A stretch of DNA of 31,110 nt from a virus (lineage: Duplodnaviria; Caudoviricetes): IMG/VR virus record IMGVR_UViG_3300031451_000010, positions 1 through 31,110 of that record. The stretch is one strand, 5' to 3'. Each line of letters starts with the position of its first letter. Within the stretch, counting starts at the first letter, position 1. The translations under genes and the position numbers were made by a program. Shown in pieces: positions 8,730 through 16,311 of this stretch. A model generated the notes under the pieces. That model did no database searches and was not told the origin of the DNA. It worked only from the letters and a program-made list of their open reading frames with translations.

Positions 8730-8791
8730 GGGAAACTCTTCCTGGAGGTTGTCCTGAAAACTCTGAATGCTGCCCTGGATTACTCCTGGGA

Positions 8792-10933
8792 CTAGGCTTG
8801 GCTGAGTAGCGTGATGTCCATTTCAGCGGCTATAATGCCCAGTGTGCTGTCCGCGTAGGCATACATCCGTACCTGGTCGCCTGCCGTCAGGCGAGTGGTG
8901 CGTATGTTGAGTGAGCCGTTGCGGGTGCTGGTCGTAACGAACCATTGAAAATGCGGCCCGTCCGCATTCGCTATGCCTGCTCCTTGCCCGTAACTTATGT
9001 TGGCGGGTAAGCCATCCGCAGGTCGCAACTTGGTAGTGATTTGATAGACACCCGTAACAGGGGCTGTATATATATTGGTAGAGGCATTGTAGTTATTACC
9101 AGTGTCAGAAACGACTGTAGGCAAGGTGATAATGTTAAAATTACCCCCTGGGATACTACCGTTCGTAGTGCTTAGTGTGACTACACAAGAGGCAGAAGCA
9201 GCGCCAAATACACGGCTCCATGCCGTCCCCGTGTCCCGATACCACTCGTTCGTGTCGGTCGCGACGTACAGCCGGTTTGCCGTGGACGCGGCGGGCCGGG
9301 CAGCCAGCGTGCCAAAGGAAACCGTCGTGCCGCCGCCGCTGGCGGAAGGGGTCGCCCAGGTCGCCACGCCTCCCGAAACGGTCAGCACCTGCCCCGCCGT
9401 GCCGAGGGCGAGACGCGCCGGCGCACCGCCCGCGCCGCCCGTAATCAAGTCGCCCGCCGCCGTCATGGGGTTTGTCAGGGCGGAAATGGCCGCAAGCGTG
9501 ACACTTGTAATCTGACCTTTGGCGTTGACGACGATGACCGGCACATGGGTGGCATCGCCGTAGGTCCCCGCCGCCGCGCCCGACGCGGGAAGGTCAGCGA
9601 CAGACATGGCGCGGAACGTGGGGGATGCTGCCGCACCCGAAGCAGGCCCGGCGAAAAACAGGTTCGGGTTTTGGGCCGCATAGGTGACGGTCAGCGTGCC
9701 GCTGCCGGTGACGGGGGAGTTCGTGACATTATAAACGGACGGCATGGACAGCCCGACGCTGGTGACGGTCCCGGAGCCGGAACCGGCGGTGCCGCTGCTG
9801 ATGGCGGTGATCTGCCCGCCGGACACGGTGAGGGTCGCGAGACTGTACGTCCCCGCCGCGACCCCGCTTCCCAGCCCGCTGGGACCTGCGGCCCCGTTTT
9901 GTCCTGCCGCACCCGTCGCTCCCGTTGAGCCTGCCGCACCAGTGGCCCCCGTCGGCCCGGCAGGGCCGGTTGCCCCAGGCGCGCCCGCCGGAATGCCGAA
10001 ATTGAACGTGGCCGCTGAGGGTGTGCCGCTATTGGACACGGTTGGCGAGGAACCAGGGGCAAGCGCGGACGCTGTTCCCGGCGCAACCGTCGCCGCCGCT
10101 CCTGCCGGGCCGGTCTGGCCTGTGGCCCCCGTCGGCCCGGCTGCCCCGGTGGGACCCGTGGCCCCTGCCGGGCCGGTCGCCCCGCGAATGTTTGACTGAA
10201 GCGTCCACGCCCCGCTGACCTTGCTATACACGTCTGCCGTGTCGGTCTTCAGGAACATGTCGCCGTTGTTGCCGGTCGCGGACACTGGAACCGTCGTGCC
10301 CGTCGTCCAAACGCTGCCCGCTGTTCCGGCGGCTCCTGTCGCACCCGAGGGGCCGGTCGGTCCCGTCGCCCCTGTCGCACCGATGGCCCCCTGCGAACCC
10401 GTCGCCCCTGCCGGGCCTGCTGCACCCTTCAGGTTGCCTTGCAGCGCCCATGCCCCGGATGCTTTCTTGTAATAGTCGCTCGTGGTCGTGTTGATGTCAA
10501 AGTCGCCGTCCGCGCCCAACGTGGAAGCGGGAACACCGGCGGCCACATAAATCTGCGAGCCTGCCGCCCCTGTTGCTCCCGTTGGGCCTGCCGCGCCGGT
10601 TGCCCCCGTTGGGCCTGCCGCGCCGGTTGCCCCGGCTGCGCCCTGCGGCACAGTGAAATTGAACACGGCGGCGGAAGTTGTCCCGCTGTTTGTGACGCTG
10701 GCCTGACTTCCCGGCGCGCCCGTCGTGGTCGCACCGACGCTAGCGGTCGCTGCGGCCCCGGTCGGACCCGTGGCCCCCGCCGGCCCCACAGGTCCTGCCC
10801 CGGTAATCAGCTTGTTGCCGGACGTTGTGCCGATGTAGAACTCTGCGGTGTCTTCGCAGATCGCCGGTTCCCCGTCTGCAAGTGTGGGTAAACTCGCCTT
10901 TGGCCCGCGCCGGATTTTGATTTGTGTTGACAT
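8792..10933 (-). CDS. Collagen-like tail fibre with a C-terminal C1q-like head
   Basis: N-terminal IKIRRG..LADGEP attachment motif; interrupted G-X-Y (GAT/GPT/GAA) runs; C-terminal NYNASTNIYTAPVTGVYQI...LTAGDQV. Confidence 0.8.
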   Translation of the reverse strand: MSTQIKIRRGPKASLPTLADGEPAICEDTAEFYIGTTSGNKLITGAGPVGPAGATGPTGAAATASVGATTTGAPGSQASVTNSGTTSAAVFNFTVPQGAAGATGAAGPTGATGAAGPTGATGAAGSQIYVAAGVPASTLGADGDFDINTTTSDYYKKASGAWALQGNLKGAAGPAGATGSQGAIGATGATGPTGPSGATGAAGTAGSVWTTGTTVPVSATGNNGDMFLKTDTADVYSKVSGAWTLQSNIRGATGPAGATGPTGAAGPTGATGQTGPAGAAATVAPGTASALAPGSSPTVSNSGTPSAATFNFGIPAGAPGATGPAGPTGATGAAGSTGATGAAGQNGAAGPSGLGSGVAAGTYSLATLTVSGGQITAISSGTAGSGSGTVTSVGLSMPSVYNVTNSPVTGSGTLTVTYAAQNPNLFFAGPASGAAASPTFRAMSVADLPASGAAAGTYGDATHVPVIVVNAKGQITSVTLAAISALTNPMTAAGDLITGGAGGAPARLALGTAGQVLTVSGGVATWATPSASGGGTTVSFGTLAARPAASTANRLYVATDTNEWYRDTGTAWSRVFGAASASCVVTLSTTNGSIPGGNFNIITLPTVVSDTGNNYNASTNIYTAPVTGVYQITTKLRPADGLPANISYGQGAGIANADGPHFQWFVTTSTRNGSLNIRTTRLTAGDQVRMYAYADSTLGIIAAEMDITLLSQA

Positions 10934-10960
10934 GGTTTGCTTTCCTAAGAATTCTACATC

Positions 10961-11062
10961 GAAACTTCCGGCCTAGAAACTTCCGGCCTAGAAACTTCCG
11001 GCCTAGAAACTTCCGGCCTAGAAACTTCCGGCCTAGAAACTTCCGGCCTAGAAACTTCCGGC
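10961..11062. repeat. 15-bp tandem array x6.8 (minus-strand unit GCCGGAAGTTTCTAG = A-G-S-F-stop)
   Basis: Perfect repeats of the last four codons plus TAG of the tail-tip gene. Confidence 0.95.
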
Positions 11063-13612
11063 TTCAATGGCGGGCTGTCCCGGCGCACCGGCAAAGTCGC
11101 CGCCGTCCACCGGGGGCTGTCCAGGCGCACCTGCAAAGTCGCCGCCGTCCAGCAGTGCCCGCAACGGGAAGCCGCCGATGCCGAAGGCCGCCGCGTCATT
11201 GTCCGCGAGGATCGGCCCGATCCACTGGGCCGCAATGCCGTCCGCGCCCGCCCCGGTCCACCCGCTGCCTTTCAGCATCAGCGACAGGTTGGCGACCACC
11301 GGCCCGTACCCGTACCCGCCCGATGTGGGCACATAGACCGTCCAGACGGCCCGGCCCACGTTCGTGCCGTTCGTGTTGCGCTCGACCACGAGGCCCGCGC
11401 TGTCGCTCAGGAGCGCCGCCGAGTAGAGCAAGTTGCTGAACACGCCGACCGCCGACCAGTCCGCCGCCAGTCGGTAGTTCTGCCCGGACTGCGGGAACGT
11501 GATCGCCTTCGTCGCCAGCGTCACAATCCGGTCCGCGACGCCCGACGCGAGGATTTGGTTGATTTCCTGCTGCTGCGTGTTGATTTCCTGCTGCTGCGTC
11601 CCTACCTGCTGCTCCACGGCAGTCGGTGTGCGCGGGGCAATCAGCACCGACTGGGCGGCGGCATCGGCCAGCGCCTGCAAGTTGGACACGCACTTGACCA
11701 GGACGGTCTGCCCCACCAGGATGTCCGGGACATTGACCCGCGCCAGAGCAGGCGTTGCGAGCGCAAACCTCTCGCCGGCGACGTGCCCCGTCATGGGCGA
11801 AGCGCGCACGCCTCGCCGCAGCCGGGACAGGGTGTAGCTTTGCGGCGCGGTCAGCGTGGCCGTCGCGAAGCCGAGGATTTCCCCGCCGAGGGCGGCGGCG
11901 TTGCCTCCGTACAGCACGTCGTTGTCGCTCGTGGAGCCAAGCTGCCCGTCCTGCCGCAAGGCCACGCCGACCGCGTTTGCCGTATCCCAGGCCGTCCGGT
12001 CCGTCCCGTTGCCCAGAGCCGCCCCCGTCATGCCGATCACCGAGCGGTCCAGTACCGTCCCACCCGAAACCCAGGTCTGCCCGTTGTCGGGAGAATAGAA
12101 GATGGCCGCGCCGCTCCACCCCGCCGCGCCTGTGGCCGCGACGTAAAAGCCGGGACGGAGCTGGTCCTGGTCGCGAAGCTCGGCCCCGCTCCACGCGAGA
12201 AAATCCGTGGGGACCATCACCAGCCCGGTGGCGCCGGTCGGGACCGGCGGCGCGCCCGGCACGGTCTGGACCAGCGCGTCCGCGTCATCGGCGACAGCGG
12301 AAAGCCGAAGCTCGCCGAACAGTCCCATCTCAATGGACACGATGCGTACTCGCCGGAGCACGCGGCCTGCCGGCGAAGCGGAAAAGTCGGTGGGCAGCAG
12401 GACCACATCGGCGGGGGCAAGGGCGGCGTAGCGCGGCGGCAGGGAAAACAAGCAGCTCTCGCGCTCGGTCCAGGCGGTGTCTAGCTCACGGGCGGCGATT
12501 TGGCGCGCCTCGGTCGCCGACAGCGACAGCGACAGCGTCAGAGCGAGGGCGTTCTGGACCGGGGCCGTCTGCCGCACGTCGCTTTGCGTGCCCTGCTCAT
12601 AGTCTTTGGACAGGTCGAAATACGTCAGGTCAATCCGGCCCGGCAGCTCCACATCCTGCGCGCGGCGGGCTTCAATCCGGGGCGCGTCGCCCCCGCTGCT
12701 TCCGCCGCCGGAAGCGGACGCCCCGCCAGAAATGGCCGCTCCCAAGTCGGCGGCGTCAATGGTGAGGACGGGCGCGCCGCCGCGCTTCACGGGACGCAGA
12801 AGACCGTCCACTTCCGTGAGGTCATACGCATAGGTGGACAGCACGGGCGCCAGCGCGTCCTGAGCGGTGACGCGGCTGCCGACGACGTAGCCTGAAACGG
12901 GGTCGGTTGCCCTGGATAGGTCCAGGTCGGCGGGCACAAGTCCCACGTCTAGGGCCAAATCGCCCGCGATGTTGCCGACCGTCACGGGGTCGCTTTCAAT
13001 CGTCGCCCGCCAGTTCGGAAGCCGGTTGGCGAAGTCTTTCAGCGGCAAGTCCTGCGCGACAAAATACACCCAGCCCCGGTAGGCAGGGGCCGCGCCTTCT
13101 GCGGCGAGGATCAGGGGGTCGGGCTGCTGGGCCTCGCTGCCGTCGTAGAACCGGAGGTGGTACGGGTCCACATTGTTGATCGCGTCGTAGATCACCACGT
13201 CGTCCGCCCACACCTTTTTGACCCGCAGGTTCCGCCCCGACCGGCACAAGCCGACCGCGCAGGAGGCGGTATAGGTATAAGTCGTCGTGGACGGCCCGCC
13301 GCCGCCCTTTCCGCCCTGTTTCTGGGTCTGGGAGTGCTCCATGAGGTGATTGCCGTGTTTGTCTTTGGCAACCCACAGGACGTTCCCGGCCACGCGCGTC
13401 CGCCCCCACACACGCGGGATGGCCGTGCCGTAGGACGACCCTGAAGCGTGCAGGTCGGAGAGCTTGCCGCTTTCCTGGTGGATGCCGGGGCGATTGGCGG
13501 CATCAATAATGCCGCCGAGGGTCGTCCCAATACTCCATCCGAGCCGGGCGCCGCCAGGTCCAAACGACGAGCCGATTGCCGCTCCAACGACACCTAACGC
13601 TATTGTGGCGAT
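11048..13612 (-). CDS. Tail-tip/host-specificity protein (RcGTA g15-like); probable ATC start
   Basis: The frame is open 67 codons upstream of the track start at 13411 (ATIALGVVGAAIG..SSYGTAIPRVWGRTRVAGNVLW). Also APAYRG..LKDFANRLPN and YTLSRLRRG; position after NlpC/P60. Confidence 0.8.
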   Translation of the reverse strand: MATIALGVVGAAIGSSFGPGGARLGWSIGTTLGGIIDAANRPGIHQESGKLSDLHASGSSYGTAIPRVWGRTRVAGNVLWVAKDKHGNHLMEHSQTQKQGGKGGGGPSTTTYTYTASCAVGLCRSGRNLRVKKVWADDVVIYDAINNVDPYHLRFYDGSEAQQPDPLILAAEGAAPAYRGWVYFVAQDLPLKDFANRLPNWRATIESDPVTVGNIAGDLALDVGLVPADLDLSRATDPVSGYVVGSRVTAQDALAPVLSTYAYDLTEVDGLLRPVKRGGAPVLTIDAADLGAAISGGASASGGGSSGGDAPRIEARRAQDVELPGRIDLTYFDLSKDYEQGTQSDVRQTAPVQNALALTLSLSLSATEARQIAARELDTAWTERESCLFSLPPRYAALAPADVVLLPTDFSASPAGRVLRRVRIVSIEMGLFGELRLSAVADDADALVQTVPGAPPVPTGATGLVMVPTDFLAWSGAELRDQDQLRPGFYVAATGAAGWSGAAIFYSPDNGQTWVSGGTVLDRSVIGMTGAALGNGTDRTAWDTANAVGVALRQDGQLGSTSDNDVLYGGNAAALGGEILGFATATLTAPQSYTLSRLRRGVRASPMTGHVAGERFALATPALARVNVPDILVGQTVLVKCVSNLQALADAAAQSVLIAPRTPTAVEQQVGTQQQEINTQQQEINQILASGVADRIVTLATKAITFPQSGQNYRLAADWSAVGVFSNLLYSAALLSDSAGLVVERNTNGTNVGRAVWTVYVPTSGGYGYGPVVANLSLMLKGSGWTGAGADGIAAQWIGPILADNDAAAFGIGGFPLRALLDGGDFAGAPGQPPVDGGDFAGAPGQPAIEAGSF

Positions 13613-14391
13613 GGCGATGTCCCCCGGACGTCATTGAAAGCGTCCTGGTCGAAGGCGTCCTGGTCGAAGGCGTCCTGGTCGAAGGCGTCCTGGTCGAAGG
13701 CGTCCTGGTCGAAGGCGTCCTGGTCGAAGGCGTCCTGGTCGAAGGCGTCCTGCCGGAAGCGGTAATGGCGCACGATGCGGGCGAACCAATCCGCCGTCAA
13801 GGGATGCTCCACGACAGAGCCGACCGACCGCCAGGCGTGAATGAGGCTCCAGGCGTTCTCCACGCCTGGACCCCCTTCATTTTCTTCCCTTTCTTCTATC
13901 CCTTCGGGCCGTGCCAGTATCCCGCAGTGGTTCGGCATGGTTTGGTCCTGGAAAACCAGGATGTCGCCTTCCTGCGGCTGTTCCAAAAGGGGCAAACACT
14001 CGCAATACCGGTTCAGGTGGCCGGTCAAGCGGTCAAACTCATGGCCGAGGGTGTAGTTGACATCGTCCTCCACGGGTACGCCCAGCCGCCGGGCGACCAC
14101 GATGAGCAGCCCGGCGCAGTCCAGCCCCACGCCGGGCAGACGGGCGGCGTGATGCCAGGGCGTGCCCAGGCATTCGCGCGCCGCCGCAACGATCTCCGCG
14201 CCTTCAACCTTCCGGCATTCAGTCCTGGCGGGCGCGGGGTCCGTGCCGCTATTCTCCGTGCCGCTATTCTCCGTGCCGCTATTCTCCGTGCCGCTATTCT
14301 CCGTGCCGCTATTCTCCGTGCCGCTATTCTCCGTGCCGCTATTCTCCGTGCCGCTATTCTCCGTGCCGCTATTCTCCGTGCCGCTATTCAA
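13600..14391 (-). CDS. NlpC/P60 tail-tip peptidase with repeat-expanded termini
   Basis: IVAAARECLGTPW..GLDCAGL..GDILVF..HCGI..LIHAW. TTG start; (NSGTE)n N-terminus and (QDAFD)n C-terminus. Confidence 0.85.
   Translation of the reverse strand: MNSGTENSGTENSGTENSGTENSGTENSGTENSGTENSGTENSGTENSGTDPAPARTECRKVEGAEIVAAARECLGTPWHHAARLPGVGLDCAGLLIVVARRLGVPVEDDVNYTLGHEFDRLTGHLNRYCECLPLLEQPQEGDILVFQDQTMPNHCGILARPEGIEEREENEGGPGVENAWSLIHAWRSVGSVVEHPLTADWFARIVRHYRFRQDAFDQDAFDQDAFDQDAFDQDAFDQDAFDQDAFDQDAFNDVRGTSPSPQ
13640..13752. repeat. 15-bp tandem array x7.5 (GCGTCCTGGTCGAAG; QDAFD)
   Basis: Perfect repeats right after HYRFR, where the NlpC domain ends. Confidence 0.95.
14240..14389. repeat. 15-bp tandem array x10 (TCCGTGCCGCTATTC; NSGTE)
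   Basis: Perfect repeats; the first unit in transcription order contains the TAG (14384-14386) of the upstream gene. Confidence 0.95.
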
Positions 14392-14614
14392 TGGTGCCGT
14401 CCCATCGGTCCAGCCAGACCATGAACAAATTGCTTTCGGCGTAGGCGTTGTCGTCGTCCCCTCTGTCTTGGTAGCCCAAAAACCGCTGGTGCGTGGCCTG
14501 AAGATGCTCCCAGGTCATTTCGCGCACTTGCTGCTGGCGGCGATGCGACAGGGCTTCGTCCTCCTCGTCCCGCACGTCGCCGGGGAGATCGCTTGGTTTT
14601 CGGATAGGTTCCAC
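14384..14614 (-). CDS. Small acidic hypothetical protein (GTG start, MEPIRKPSDL)
   Basis: AGAAAGG RBS before GTG 14614; in frame with the repeat-borne ATG 14671. Confidence 0.5.
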   Translation of the reverse strand: MEPIRKPSDLPGDVRDEEDEALSHRRQQQVREMTWEHLQATHQRFLGYQDRGDDDNAYAESNLFMVWLDRWDGTIE

Positions 14615-14628
14615 GTTTGCTGCCTTTC

Positions 14629-14772
14629 TCGGAGAGCATCTATTTCGGAGAGCATCTATTTCGGAGAGCATCTATTTCGGAGAGCATCTATTTCGGAGAG
14701 CATCTATTTCGGAGAGCATCTATTTCGGAGAGCATCTATTTCGGAGAGCATCTATTTCGGAGAGCATCTATT
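14629..14772. repeat. 16-bp tandem array x9 (TCGGAGAGCATCTATT)
   Basis: Perfect repeats; the minus-strand unit carries TAG-ATG, including the real stop at 14768. Confidence 0.95.
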
Positions 14773-15658
14773 TTCGCGCGGTCCAAATGATCTGGTCGTT
14801 GCCCGGAATATGCGGCTCGCCTCGGAAGTTGTTGGTGTTGCCCCGGCTTGCCGGCACGGAGGGGTCCGGGTCCCGAAACTTGGTTTTGCATGTCCCGAAC
14901 AGCCGGTCACACCCGGCCTCCAGCGTCGCCGCGTCGCCCACCGACACCGGGTAGGGGAAGCCTGACCGGAGAACGACCTGTGCGGCCCCGCCGGCATTGG
15001 TGTGGGTCTTGACTTCCCGCGCCTGCCCCGCGTTCGCGCCCGACGTCATCCAAACGATCCCATAATCGTAGTAGCCTCCCGGCTGGCTGTCCCCGCCGAA
15101 GGTCAGCGTTTTGAGGGAGACGACGGCGCTCACAGTCCGGGGGAAACGGTAGGCAGCCACATTCACCTTGCACTGCGCGTCGCCGAGCCGCTTCACCCGG
15201 CAGGCCGCGCTCGTGATGTCCCCGACGTACTGCTTGAGCTGCTGGGTCAGCGACCGAAGTTCAGCGACGTACTGCCCGTCGCGCAGGGTCACTTCCCCCA
15301 GGTGCGCTCGGAGCAGCGCGAGGGTGCCTTGCGAGAGGTCCTGCCAGTTCATCTGGAAAAACAGGGCCTCCGCGCCGTCGTAGGCCCCCGCCGCGATGTC
15401 CGCCTCGGTGATCTTGTCCGAGGTCAGCAGGCCGAACAAGTCCAGTGTGTCCACGCCCGTATCCGCCCCTTGCTTCAGCGAAGTGCTGGCAATGCCGCCC
15501 TGCGGCTCGTACAGCGTTCCGGCGATGGTCAGGGGCGCGTCCAGGCTCGTGAAGCCGAGGACGCGCCCGGCGCGGGTCGTCAAGCGGACGCAGTTTGCAA
15601 GCGAGAGCGCCGCGCCCTGGAGGTGCGCGGCCAGGGCCAGGCTAAGGGTTCGCGGCAT
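14768..15658 (-). CDS. Baseplate hub protein, DUF2163/BR0599 family (RcGTA g13-like)
   Basis: CVRLTTRAGRVLGFTSLD..ITEADIAAGAYDGAE..CRVKRLGDAQC..AGCDRLFGTCKTKF..NFRGEPHIPG. Confidence 0.9.
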   Translation of the reverse strand: MPRTLSLALAAHLQGAALSLANCVRLTTRAGRVLGFTSLDAPLTIAGTLYEPQGGIASTSLKQGADTGVDTLDLFGLLTSDKITEADIAAGAYDGAEALFFQMNWQDLSQGTLALLRAHLGEVTLRDGQYVAELRSLTQQLKQYVGDITSAACRVKRLGDAQCKVNVAAYRFPRTVSAVVSLKTLTFGGDSQPGGYYDYGIVWMTSGANAGQAREVKTHTNAGGAAQVVLRSGFPYPVSVGDAATLEAGCDRLFGTCKTKFRDPDPSVPASRGNTNNFRGEPHIPGNDQIIWTARK

Positions 15659-15703
15659 AGCAGGTTCCTACAGCAAAAGTTAAAGCAAGGACCAAAGGGA
15701 AAA

Positions 15704-16303
15704 TCAAAGCAAAAGCTCCACGACGGGGATGTTGTCCCAGTTGTTTTCGTCCCAGTCGGCGCGGGTGATGTCCATGTCGTCAATGTCAAAGCGCACCGGC
15801 ACGTCAAACTGTCCCGACCAGGTGAACACGGCCCCCGGCTGGGCGGCGGTGAGCGTCACGATCCCGCTCGTCGCGTCCAGGGTCCAGTTGCCGGCGGCGG
15901 GGTAGTCCGCGCCGCCCCGCTGAAGCGAGACCGTGCCGACGACGGGCTTTACAATCTTCCGCACTGCGCCGCCCGCGATGTCCGCGTAGGTCTTTTGGAG
16001 CTGAAGCGTCGCCGCGCCCGTGTTCACAAGAGGCTCGGTGGTCGCGACGTAATCCGTCCAGTCCTTGAAGCGGAATCCGTACAGCATCCCGCGCCGCGCA
16101 TGGAAAAAAGCCAGCACTGCGGCAACATCAACCTTTTTCCGGGTCAAGGAAACGGTCCATCGCCCGTGAGACTGCGACCACAGGGCGAGGCGCTGCTCCC
16201 CGCCACTGTCGGTCGTGATGACGCGCGTGCGGTAGCGTGGTCCCCCATGACAGCCATAGGAGACCTTCGGCGAAAGCTGCACTTCGTGGAAATCAACCGG
16301 CAT
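15704..16303 (-). CDS. Distal tail protein, DUF2460 family (RcGTA g12-like)
   Basis: FHEVQL..GGP..SGGEQR..AFFHARRG..GFRFKDWTD..FDVPVRFDID. Confidence 0.9.
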   Translation of the reverse strand: MPVDFHEVQLSPKVSYGCHGGPRYRTRVITTDSGGEQRLALWSQSHGRWTVSLTRKKVDVAAVLAFFHARRGMLYGFRFKDWTDYVATTEPLVNTGAATLQLQKTYADIAGGAVRKIVKPVVGTVSLQRGGADYPAAGNWTLDATSGIVTLTAAQPGAVFTWSGQFDVPVRFDIDDMDITRADWDENNWDNIPVVELLL

Positions 16304-16311
16304 TGTTTTCC

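Noticed and set aside
9880-10800. Collagen G-X-Y DNA repeats as part of the junction-array phenomenon
   Set aside because: Explained by ordinary protein-level collagen periodicity with synonymous variation.
8792-10933. Diversity-generating retroelement target in the fibre
   Set aside because: No reverse transcriptase and no TR/VR pair with adenine-specific mismatches were seen in the window.
10961-14772. TAG stop-codon reassignment
   Set aside because: Long genes are intact in the standard code and TAG falls at expected protein ends.
11048-16303. Gene transfer agent cluster
   Set aside because: Only the tail tip is RcGTA-like. The scaffold/gp7-type head, 1976-aa tape measure and lysis cassette indicate a phage.
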